Of a stretch of 64,000 bases of DNA, positions 24,666-35,675 are shown piece after piece; position 1 is the first letter of the stretch; every line of letters starts with the position of its first letter. Made by a program: the position numbers and the translations under genes. The notes beneath the pieces were generated by a model that worked only from the letters and a program-made list of their open reading frames with translations, was not told the DNA's origin and searched no databases. This DNA comes from Klebsormidium nitens (taxonomy: Eukaryota; Plantae; Klebsormidiophyceae): the NCBI GenBank assembly GCA_000708835.1, contig DF237348.1:1-64000 (forward strand). Direction: 5' to 3'.

Positions 24666-27600
24666 ATGGCACTCTTGGCACTGCTTGCGGGCCGGCAAGC
24701 CACAAGGCAGGCTTCGGAAGCTTCCAGCCGCCTCTTCTCAAGTCTGGAAGGCGATCTGCTGTTGAAGAGCCTGCATGCTGAATCACTTGGGTCTCAAATG
24801 ACGGGGTTCTTTGCGAGGCAGCACACATCGAGTGCGGGAGCCTTGCGAGAAAGGCTTCTGGAAGGAGGGGGAAAGAGGGCATTCACGAGCGGTGTGGGAA
24901 AGGTGCTGGCTCCGTTTGCTGCAGGTAAGTTGCAATATGATTCTGCTCTTGAAGAGCACCAGAAAAGGTTAGAGCTGTGTGTGTCAATGTTGATGATCCT
25001 GGTTTATCCTCAAAACCAAGGCAACGAGCGGTTTGCTTGGTGGCACCTCGATGGTGTGTTTTTATGGCCTCTGGAATTTTAGTCAGTGTACAGCAGACTT
25101 TGTTGTCTTCCAAGATTCAAATTTGCTGGTTGTGCAAAGTTTTTGCGGAAGGATTCGCTTGCACTCCAGCTTCCCCTCCAGGCATTTGAGCTACAAGGCC
25201 AGTTTCTTGTGCTTTCGCCTAGACTAGATTCATAGATGCCACTTGCACAGATGCATTGGAGGGAATTGGAATAGATCGTCAGTCAAAGACTTTTCGGGGC
25301 AGCCAGTGCGTTTTTTGAACAGTGCTCGATCTTTTGTACAGATGCTGCTGTTTCTGTTTCGTCCGGGGTACTCTCACATCCCTCTGCCACCAAGCCGCTG
25401 GCGCTGTCCATCGCGTACTGGGGCCGGTGCTACTACGAGCTTTCAAAAGCGAGGTTGAGGTGAGTAATCCTCTTTTGTCTACTCACTTAGTTATCCTTTT
25501 CATGAAACGTCATAAAATGCAAAGATGCGGAACCTGCAGAGACCATCTAATCAGGGGGACATAAGTTGATCGTGATTTGCCATATGAATGGCTCTTATCT
25601 GGTGTGCACTTTATCGACTTATTTTCATTTCTCCAGTTTGTGCTTGATACTTGTCTCCTTGCTGATCACACCAACCTGCTGCTTCTATGGCATATTGCCC
25701 CCCCTCATGAATCACAAATGAGCTTATATAAGTACTTGTAAAACGTGATCCAGTGCCCTGGTTGTCGCCACTGCTGCTGGAGGGTATATCATGGGAAGCG
25801 GCGAGGTGATTGATTGGGCCGGCCTGGGGTGGACCTCTCTTGGCACATACATGGCCGCTGCATCAGCCAATGCATTCAATCAGGTAATTGCCGAATGCTG
25901 CCCCTCTGTGAATGTACGGCTGCTCTGCTCTCAAACCTCGTGTGTCTGACATCACTATCGCTGACCATGATAAGAGTCTGGTGTACAGGGATAGCCAAAA
26001 GTACTACCGTGGTACTCTTAGTGTACGCAGCACTTGTCTCTCAGCATTGTTGCAGGCTTGAGTTATGCAGTTCTTCAGATATTTTTTGGTGATTCATAGT
26101 GTTTCGTGCAGAGATTGTTTTTGATTGGCTTTCCTTTGACCGAAGCCCTATCCAAGGGAGCAGATCTCAGACAAGCTTGTGGTCATCCCGCAGGTCATCG
26201 AAATTTCCAACGATGGCCGGATGAGAAGGACGATGCGGCGGCCGCTGCCCTCTGGCCGGATGTCCAGAGCACACGCGCTGAGCTTTGCGATAACGATGGG
26301 CGTCGGAGGCGTGTCGTTACTTGCTTCCAAGGCAAGGCTTTCCTCAATCATCCCTCTTTTGACTAGTCAGCTTGACCCGGTTGCTGGCGAAGTGATTGAT
26401 GTATGGGCGTGGCTGGGATGGATTGCAGTTGGGTGTTGGTTTTATAGTTCGTTACTGGATCAGCTAACATAACTTTCTGATTCAATCTTTGACCCGTCGG
26501 CTTTCGTTGCCGTCATGTCCCGTTCGGTTGCAGCAAATCTCTTCAAAAGCCTTCCACGAGAGGTGACACTTCTGAAGCGCTTACCTCCTTCGCATCTGCC
26601 CTTATCTGCCATTCTGTATTGAAAACGAGGAAAAGGAGCAGACGCTTACAGTGCAAGCCAGGTATGGCGGACGCGCGGCCCAGCTATCTAAAAGCTTCCC
26701 TCCTCCTCTTGCAGACGAACCCTCTGACAGCGCAGCTCGGAGCTGGCAACATCGGTCTCTACGCCCTTGCGTACACCCCTCTGAAGCAGATTCACCCCAT
26801 CAACACCTGGGTCGGTGCCGTGGTGGGAGCCATCCCGCCGCTTATGGGGTGAGCGAACACAAGTGCCTGGGCTTTTGTTCCCTTATCCAAATAATGAAGA
26901 GGTTGTAAAGTCGACCGAACGAGTTGTAATGTCGAGCATCTTTGTGCGTGGGGTCACGTCAGATTCGAAGACAAAAATAACGCTAGGTACTTCGCTCACT
27001 TTCTTTGAGGTGGCCTCTTAAAGCTTTTCAGTTTTTCCCCGTGGATAGATGGAGAGTTGTCTCTCGTGCGCAGCCTCTGTGGACTGTGTCAGATTCCAAC
27101 GAGAAGAGGTTCTTTTTCTGGTCTTTGAGCCCGCATCACTGAGCGCTAACCGCGCTGTATCTTACCCAACCATCTCAGTTCTGCTCCCGTAATCTTCCTT
27201 CCTCGTCATGCATCGCTCTCGCTCTTCAACTAAGTTGCTGGACTCGTCCCTCGAGGTCGAAGCACATTCGCTTTAGGAAGGTGAAGTCCGAAGATCCTCA
27301 GCGCTAGGCGCTCAACGCAAACTTCTCCGTATATGGAGCTCGGCAGCCCGTTTTCCAGCCTCGAAGATTGCTTCGTGCCCTGTCGCGAGTCTGTGCGAAC
27401 CAATAAAATCCTTTCCACTCTCGTTCAGATGGGCTGCGGCGGCCGGACAACTAGACCCGGGCGCCGCAGTGCTGGGCGCCGCGCTCTATTTCTGGCAGAT
27501 GCCGCACTTCATGGCGCTCGCGTACATGTGTCGAAACGACTATGCAACCGGAGGGTGAGTTACACTTCAGTAGGCGTGCGACGAACTGTTCATTGCTGAA

Positions 27601-28794
27601 ATCTCCGAGCTGCACCAAATTAGTAAGGTCCATTCAGAAGGATCTAAGGGTGGCTTCAATGTATCGTAACAAGGGCGGTTGGTCGTGCTATTACCTGAGG
27701 GGAAGCGATATAGTGAAGTCAGGAAGTCTCTGCTGAGGCTCAGTCAGTGGGTCCAGAAAGAGGAGACAGTCGAACTTTTTTGAGTAACATTTTGACGTAC
27801 CTAAGTCTGACGTGGCGAGACTCTGAAAGCCACGGCGCGTTTTCGTTGCAGGTACAAGATGCTGTCGCTGGTTGACAAGACGGGGCGCCGCGTCGCAGCG
27901 GTGTCGCTCCGAAACTGCCTGTACATGGTTCCTCTCGGCTTCCTGGCGCTTCACTGTAAGTACCTAGTTGAACCCTGTGGAGAGAGTACGCAGCGAGAAT
28001 GGAAGCACGTGACTCGATTGGAATGCTACTTCGAAGGGGCTTGATTCCTGAGAACGTTACTCCTGGTCGTTGCAAGAAGGGGAGGGCTAGTTCGCCTGGA
28101 TTTTGATTATCCGGTTGGAGTGTTTTCTTGTGTTGGATTTGGACGCCTGCAGGAAACTCTCACTGTAATTTCGGTGTCTGCAGGAACTTCCGAGTCTTAC
28201 CCCACTGTTCTGAGATGCATGTGACACGTCCTTCGTGCCTAGCAATGTCAAATCAACAGTAGTCTACGATGAAATGGAGCGGATCAATCTGACAGTCTTG
28301 GGCTCTTAGCAGATTCTTTTCGTCTGCCTCCCTTACGTCGATTAACCAATTCACGTTCCTTCGGTGCAGATGGCGTCACCTCTTCCTACTTCACCTCAGA
28401 AAACGTCCTTCTCACGGGTTGGCTCGGCTTATCAGCGGCCGCCTTCTACCGCACCCCCAGCCCTGAAACCGCGCGCAAGCTCTTCCGCCACAGTCTGCTT
28501 TACTTGCCTCTCCTTATGGGCGCAATGTTCCTTCACAGAATACCGAACAAAAACGCTCAGAGCCACGACGCAAAGCAAAATTTAGACGTCCCACTCTCGC
28601 TAGAAGCGAGCAGTAGTAGTCGAGAAGATTCACATGAAGCCAGTCGGAAGAAGCATTGTGAGAGCTTCGTGCTGGATGAAGGAAGGTGGGGCCGTTCCAG
28701 GCAGCAGTATGACGTCGTCGGTAGGCCACCGATAGCGTTTCTCTCTGCAGCACCGTTTCCGTTCTTGCCAGTTCCGGACTTTGCTAGCAGGTAA
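24666..28794 (+). CDS. COX10: Protoheme IX farnesyltransferase (heme O synthase), mitochondrial
   Basis: Transit-like N-terminus. Exons with [57 protein letters not shown] and [13 protein letters not shown]-terminus [17 protein letters not shown]. Confidence 0.95.
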
Positions 28795-29668
28795 TAAATT
28801 GCGAGCAAGTGTCTCTGCGATTCGTTTGCAGCCGGGAAACTTGGTTATAAATTCATATTCGCCAATGGCAAAGCGACGCGCATCTATAGCACACTTCAAA
28901 ACGATAGCAACCTGATATTGGACACGCCTCATATAGCCGTAGCAAGCTGTGGAGTCAAGAAGCAAGCCCCCGGCCTTGCTGAGACGTGCTCCACGGCCAT
29001 GGCGGCAAATCAGCGTTAGGAATTGGAAGTTACCATTGCAAATGACTCAAAATGGGGCATACACACTTGATGGATGCGACGTGTCCCTCGATCCACCAAT
29101 AACATACACGGAGGCAGGAGTGGGGGGGAAATCAGGTGAAGGCTCTTACCTAACTGCCAATGATGGCTGCCAAGCAAAATTGTCAAGCTCGTGTAGCACA
29201 TGAACAACACGATTTTGGAGGAAGAGCTACCATGGCGGCGCAATTGAAAATGACAATTTAAAATACTATTTTAAACAGGACAAGGTCCGACAAGGTGCAA
29301 ATTGTCAACAAAGCAATCGACATGCAGCATCATCAGCTGGAGGCTGGGCTATACAGGACGTGGTCTCTAGTTGTTGCACGGCGTACTGGGCTGCATGATC
29401 TAGGACAATTTAGTCAGATTTATCATACTTTGGAGCCTCAGTGTTGCGAAACATACACATAGAGTATTAGTCAACAATTTAAGTCACATGCAATGCCTTG
29501 CATGGCAATTCGACTATTCGATGCAATCCAGGCATGATTCTGTGTAAGTTTCACTTTCATAAAGAAGGATCGAGGCCGATCGGACGGTTTAGAAAAAAGA
29601 TCTCCTTGTGCACTTTTTGCGTTTGGTCATGGCATTCCGGAAAAGGAGGCGCCCTCGCTCCTAGGGCG

Positions 29669-29705
29669 CCCTAAAACCCTAAAACCCTAAAACCCTAAAA
29701 CCCTA
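29669..29705 (-). repeat. Interstitial telomere-type repeat (CCCTAAAA)4 + CCCTA
   Basis: Read directly at 29669-29705. TTTTAGGG is the Chlamydomonas-type telomere unit. Confidence 0.95.
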
Positions 29706-30800
29706 CCGCAATTTTATCCTCTAGGTTCAAAAAGGTTCTGAGGCTTTTTGTGCCCCTATCTTCGAGGATGAATCGGAATTCTTTTCTTAAATCTTCGTAC
29801 GCTATACAATCATAGACGAAGGGAGCTTCATCCTCTATTGCACCCGAATGACAAACTTGGCAAAGTCTTTCCGCCCTGTCTATTCCTTGCCATCTCCCGG
29901 TTTCGACAGCCAGATTATGGCAGCCTATGCGGAGCTTGGCCAAGGTATGGAGAAATGGGAGACGGCCTAAACTGTCTAAGTAAGGCTCAAATGAGTAACC
30001 TTCCTTGACATCTTCGAAGTATGTCCTATACCTAGTTCCACCTTCCTCTCGCAAATCTTGCATGTACGCCATCTCTGAATTGTCGCGCAACACCTGCAAG
30101 TCGAAACCCCTCTCGAGATGTTCGTCGGTCACCAACTCCCTGGCCTTCTCCATCACTTTAGCGTACCATCCCCCCCGGCCTGCTTTCCACATCGACTTTG
30201 ACTCCTGTAGAGCCAAACGTGCCAAGCGGTCGCTTGGAAGAGTCGAAGTTCGCTTAACGAATTTGAAGACCTGCTCCCACCTTCCGATGGCAAGCGGGAA
30301 ACGGCCCATCTCTCCAAGAACCGCTTTTGAGAGAGTCGACTTCCTAGCTCGGAGTAGACTGCGCAGAAAAAGACGATGCACCGTCTCCAAACAGTCCCCA
30401 TCACCATTCCAGCCCCACTCCGGACTGAACCCAGGACCCCACACCTCCGCCCCATACTGGAGGATTGGCCTGACAAGGGTGTCAAAGAGTCCGAGCTTCG
30501 TGCTGAGCTTTAGCAACCCCAACTCCTTGCATCTCCGGTCCATCGCAAACACCGCCTTCCGCCCCGCCCCCGCCAAAAGTTGGACCCCCATTGGACCCCA
30601 AGCCGAAAGCTTCCGCTACAGTGAAACTGTACCCCCAGATAGTGATAGCTTTGGACGATCTCGACGCGCTCCTCCCCATACCAAAACTCATGCTTCGCTC
30701 GTTGCGCTTCCACTTTTCCCCCAAACACTACCGTGACAATCTCCGTTTTCTGCAAGTTTACAAAGACACAAAGAGTTCGGTCTTTGTACACAACTTCTAG
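29695..30800 (-). mobile_element. 5'-truncated, degenerate non-LTR retrotransposon (RTE/RTEX-like RT C-terminus)
   Basis: ORF 30510-30791 has VNLQKTEIV...VQSYHYLGVQF (RT thumb). ORF 29695-30591 has LFDTLVRPILQYGAEVW, and LRIGCHNLAVETGRW..R.ERLCQVC...IEDEAPFVYDC (CCHC-like, with H replaced by P). The two frames are separated by an 11-nt near-duplication (tgggggtccaa) around 30580-30600. No TSD found. Confidence 0.88.
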
Positions 30801-31358
30801 TGACTACATACGCACGCCGCACGATGTACCGTGTATGGTGCACCGTGCGTGTATGCATGCATATCCACCATAGGCACCATCATTCAGCTCACTTGTATCA
30901 CTTGTACGTCAAGGACAAGACTTGTCTTTATCTAGGCTCCGGGAGCGGTTGATTCTGCGAGTTGTGGAGTTGATCCGGCAAAAGCGCATTGAGGAGACAC
31001 TGGACAACTTCAACCGTCAAGAAGTCTGAGGGGAGTCTGAGAAGTGCTGAAAGAAAATGGTGGGTGGATACTTGAGCTATTGAAAAGCCGCTCCACTGAG
31101 CCTCCAGGGCACGAGAGCGAACACGCCGCACGGCCTTCACAAGTTACCTGAGCGAAGTTAGCGAACCCGACGCGAAGGCGGCGACGAGCCGCGGCGTGTA
31201 ATGTTGAAGTCAAACCTTTAGTACGGTACGCGGCGTAAAAAAAGGCCTGAGAGACTAGAGTCAACCTTTTAGGTAGGTAGGTAGTACGGTTATTACACTA
31301 CGGTTATTACACCGCCGAGTCCCGACCGGTACTTGCGGCGTAAAAAAGGCCTAGGACC

Positions 31359-31859
31359 TAGGGCTGCCTCCACACTGGGGGATACTTGGGGATACTGGAG
31401 TACCCGGCTACTTCTCAAATTTCTCCAAGGAACCGGGAGCTTCTCCGCAGAATGCGGGAGCCGAAGTAGCCGCTTCCACACCGGGGGCTACTTCGGACAT
31501 CGGCTACTTCCGCCGGTCACTCTCAGCGTGCCACGTTGGCTCAAAGATTCGCGCAATCATTCAAGAAAGCAGACTGTCGGTGTTAGAACTTCGGTTCAAC
31601 AACTGGACCGTTATGCTCAAATCTGATTGGCCAACCGCCCAGTAGCCGGCCAAGTAGCCTACTTTTTGAAGGATACTTGCCGGGCTACTCGTTCACACGT
31701 GTGAAGGCGAAGTAGCTCCCGATCATCGCGGAACGCAAAGTAGCCGGGTGGAATATCCCGCAGTCTGGACGGGCACTTGCCCGGGATACTCCAGAGGGGG
31801 GTACTCGGAGTAGCCGACGACCCAAGTATCCGGCAGTGTGGACTCTGGAGGCAGCCCAG
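31359..31859. mobile_element. Old non-autonomous TIR element, hAT-like (~500 bp)
   Basis: Imperfect inverted ends tagggctgcctcc..acactg..ggatacttggg versus the reverse complement of cccaagtatccggcagtgt..ggaggcagcccag. About 10 GGCTACT/AGTAGCC motifs in both orientations at 31406-31815. No clean TSD. Confidence 0.6.
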
Positions 31860-32336
31860 GTGGACTTTCAAGCTTGAAAGTCCACCTCTACGTGGTAGTT
31901 TGGTACCTACATACCGTACCGTAATGATGGGCTTTTAATGGTAAACAGATTATCTTGAGGACCGTAATCATTGACGATGTCTGGAAGCCACTCACAATAG
32001 GTACCGGTACTGTCACAGTATTACTGTGCAGTGTGCAGTCACCAGTGTGCACTGTGCACTTCTCTGTGAGAGGCTGAGCCTGAGATCAACTAGGCTGTCA
32101 AGACCAGTACAAACCTAAGAAACTGAGTCTCGACACGATTTCGGCAGCCTGCAACAGGCGTGCAATGCGCTGCATTGATTGATCAGTGCATGAAGCATTG
32201 CTACCTAGTACCAATTCGGATGGCAGTGAAGCTGGGGTGCAGGGCTTTTAGAAGGCAAGAGAAGCTGCAGGAGCGCGGCTAGCGTCGCAGGATCAGCGGA
32301 GCCACAGGAGCGAGAGCTAGCTAGCAAATCACAAGT

Positions 32337-33971
32337 ATGGCGGCCTTTGTTGTCGACGGGATCGGCATAGCGCTTGCTAGCCTTCTCGTTTTGTCAAACG
32401 GGTTCATGTTCGTCTTCCTGCTGAGGGTTGGCTACAAAAGGGACAGGGCGTTATCGGTGGATGTTTCTGTGATCCTGAACAGCTTTGACGACAATCATGA
32501 GGGGAGGCCTAGAAAGAGATCTGGGAAGCGGGTGCAGGGAAGGCATTTCGAGATTGGAGTTGCAGGCGGCACGCCCGACACCCTCAAGAATCTCAATGCA
32601 GTCTCGCTTGCAGCTGAGGACGCCAAAAAAGTGACACACATTGAATGTAAGACTGGTGAAGGTGACATTATAGTATTCCAAAAGTCAACCGAGGAGGCTC
32701 CAGATCGAACTGCTGGGCGGGACTTGGCTGAGCATGAGGAAACTAATCAGAAGCATCTCACTGCCATGCGATCCATCAGACGGCACTCGGCTGAGGAGAC
32801 TCATCAGGAGCTGCCTCCAAGACCGTCGGGCGGAATCAAAATTGCTCACTCTTTCTTGAGTGACAAGATGTTGAGTATCCAGCAAGGGACGATGATGCTT
32901 TGCACAGTGATGGACATTGCATCCATCTTATTATCGGTGCTCCGGTCAGAAATGCGGCGCCCCCGGGAGAATGGGGGCGGAGAGCCAACAGTGCACTCAT
33001 ATCCATTTGCGTACCTGCTGACCGTGGCTGCTTTTGCCGTGCTGGCCCAAGAGGTTGTGCTCAAGGTCCTATTGGGAGCTAGCTGGTTGGTGGTGCTTCC
33101 CGCCATCATAAAGAACAGCGTCAACTCCATGTGCCAAAGGAACGGCATTGTTTTCAGGAAAGCAGGTGACAAACCGAAAGAATGGCGGGAGGTTTTGTGG
33201 GTCACCTCAAAGTTTGACAAGCGAAGGGGCCTGTGGTGTGACCATGGGGGCCTGGGGATCCAGTATGCCCATGCTGTCCTGTCTATCGAAGAAGCATACG
33301 CTGCCGGCGATGCTTGCTTGGTGCAACTGGCCGTTGCCACGGGGGTGTACTCCTTTGTGATCGTTGCTGCTGTTGCGATGATCATAACGTTGGGCTCTGC
33401 CTACTTTCCTGGAGCTGGAGCCGTGCTTTCTGCGGCAGCCGCGATCACAACAGCGGTCACCGCGAGCATGGCGCTGATCTGCACCCACTTGACAATGTTG
33501 TGTTACCACGTCGGCAAGGGAAGGCGTATCATGAGGGAGGTCAACGGAGGTATGAGCTTTGCCACCGGGAAGAGCATAAGGGAATTCCAGCTGGGACCCG
33601 GGTGGGGGAGCCCGGAAGCTGTGCGAGCTGCTCTGCTCTATGTCCTGTGCCCCATGATGCTGATGAATAAGGTGTTCAAGCCAAAGCCTGGGATGCACCT
33701 CTCTTTCCTTTCCAAGTGGGGTGGACACGGAGGACAGGCGGCGGCGCAGTTCATGCGTGCGGATATTGTAACAAGGGCAGACTCCTCCGATCTGATGCGA
33801 GATGCACGTCCGGTCAGAGACCAATGCCTTAGTGTACGCATGGGCACGCACGTTGAAACATTGAGTTCCTGTACCACGCGAAGGGTCTCGTATAATACGG
33901 AGGGGGATGTTGAATTAGGCGTAGCAACGCCAATGGTCCACGAGCCTATCAGTGACCTTAACAGGTTCTAA
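32337..33971 (+). CDS. Intronless 544-aa multi-pass membrane protein of unknown function
   Basis: Long uninterrupted ATG-to-stop ORF. Hydrophobic stretches at the N-terminus (GIGIALASLLVLSNGFMFVFLL), the middle (YPFAYLLTVAAFAVLA) and an Ala/Gly-rich hairpin (VATGVYSFVIVAAVAMIITLG...AVLSAAAAITTAVTASMALIC). No family recognised. Confidence 0.75.
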   Translation: MAAFVVDGIGIALASLLVLSNGFMFVFLLRVGYKRDRALSVDVSVILNSFDDNHEGRPRKRSGKRVQGRHFEIGVAGGTPDTLKNLNAVSLAAEDAKKVTHIECKTGEGDIIVFQKSTEEAPDRTAGRDLAEHEETNQKHLTAMRSIRRHSAEETHQELPPRPSGGIKIAHSFLSDKMLSIQQGTMMLCTVMDIASILLSVLRSEMRRPRENGGGEPTVHSYPFAYLLTVAAFAVLAQEVVLKVLLGASWLVVLPAIIKNSVNSMCQRNGIVFRKAGDKPKEWREVLWVTSKFDKRRGLWCDHGGLGIQYAHAVLSIEEAYAAGDACLVQLAVATGVYSFVIVAAVAMIITLGSAYFPGAGAVLSAAAAITTAVTASMALICTHLTMLCYHVGKGRRIMREVNGGMSFATGKSIREFQLGPGWGSPEAVRAALLYVLCPMMLMNKVFKPKPGMHLSFLSKWGGHGGQAAAQFMRADIVTRADSSDLMRDARPVRDQCLSVRMGTHVETLSSCTTRRVSYNTEGDVELGVATPMVHEPISDLNRF

Positions 33972-34587
33972 ATATGCTGTTCTTGACCTTCAGGCTTCAC
34001 GTACTTGTTGATCTAGGCTGGACGCATGCATGTGCCAGAGTGACTGATTTTGAGATTTGAAACAGCTAGCTTCAGGCTACAGGGTGGTTAAAATCTAGTG
34101 CCAAAACGATCTCGTTGGATCAGCTAGGTCTTTCGTGCATGGCTGATCCTCAAATAAAACGTCTCGTTCACGTTTCTGCTTGGACGTGGATTCCTACAGT
34201 CTAGGAAAGCTAGTAAGCCATGACCTTCGCCGTCAGCTACTACTGCTCCACTTCTATATGAACTCGAGTGCCACCTGCCAAATTCTCCGAAGCGTCGGAT
34301 CATGTGGTTTCATTAAGGCAACTTGAGAAGCATTGTGTTTAAGGGTACTACCCATCCCTACATGCGTACTCGTACTGCTGGCCGCCAACACTTGCTTCAT
34401 CGCCTGCATTTCCAGCCCGATCACATCATCCGACATACGCCCGCAGTCACTAAGCGATTCGGATGCCATTCAGGATGCCTCAAATGCTAAATACGCTGCC
34501 GCTGCCGGGTTCTGATGCGCGGATTGCATACACGGAGAATAGATGAAAAATAGAAGTGGTGGAGAGCGCTAGCATGCTAATTGCTAT

Positions 34588-34670
34588 AGTATCGTCGTAT
34601 CCTTCTGCATCATGCATCATCCATCATGCATCGTCGTATCCATCATGCATCATGCATCATCCTTCATGAC
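34588..34670. repeat. Degenerate CAT/CATG-rich simple repeat
   Basis: atcgtcgtatcc...catcatgcatcatccatcatgcatcgtcgtatccatcatgcatcatgcatcatcc. Confidence 0.8.
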
Positions 34671-35675
34671 ATCTCATGCAAACCAAGCAAATCGAATACG
34701 AGATGTCTACTCGAAGTGTCAAATCCGTGTTTCATGGCGCTCCGCATATTCTAGCGGGTCTAGCGCATGAGGATCATTGGATGCAATCAACTATTCTGTC
34801 TCCGACAAAGTCACGACCCCCACATATTTTCGTCTACAAATCCCGGCATGCAAGCGTTTAACGGACATATACCTATGGAGTCATTCAATCTGATTGCCTC
34901 TCGGGCGGGACAGGACTGAGCTTTCGTCAAGCTTGCTTGACTAACTCACCATTTTAATGATGATGGTGAAGAGAAAGATTGAAAGAGTTCTTCCTCTTCC
35001 TCGGTTCTAATTGTATTAGGTGATTCTCTAGGCATAACTAAAAGTACAAGGGCCGGGCTTCTGATCGTGTACGAGGTCCGACGTGTCACTGCACGGAGAG
35101 CTTACATAAAGGTATAGTCTTAGTCTCACGGAGCTTCTCCGAGGGCGATCACTAGAGCAGGATTGCCCGTCACTACAAGAAAGCCCATGAGCCCGACAAC
35201 CGTCAAATCAGACCGTCTGCCGCGCAGCACATGGGTGCGCTCTGCACACTCGTTCTAGACGGGGTCAGGAGAGCCGTGGCGCAGGCCGCAACTTTCGTGT
35301 GGCTTGGATAGTGGCACTCGATCCTGCTGCGCCAATTGCGAGATGAACACTAGGGCCCCTGGTGGCAATTTTGGACTTAAGGACTGATCAATCTAGCATC
35401 TTTTCCAGATTGAGATGAAGATTACTGTATGAAGAAGAGATGAGAATAACTGTACAAGCCCGGAACATTTGTGAGTGACCTGATACCTCTGCACAGATCG
35501 AGCTTTGATTCCTCGTGCATTAACGGAGGTAAGTGCCGCCTAGCGCCGCACTTAGCATATCAACTAGACAATGTTGGAATTTCGTAGCTCTGGTAAGTTC
35601 CGTCGCCAAATGGTGTCCATAGCTTGATCAAGGTGCCCCTACATCATAACCGCTACGCGTGCGCGTGCAACCCAC

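Noticed and set aside
29669-29705. A true chromosome end or a CRISPR-like array
   Set aside because: Only about 4.6 units with genes on both sides. No spacer-repeat arrays or cas genes anywhere in the window.
31010-31264. SCPGGSVERLFNSS, resembling the hAT dimerisation motif
   Set aside because: Spacing differs from the canonical motif and no other transposase segments are present. Too weak to call.
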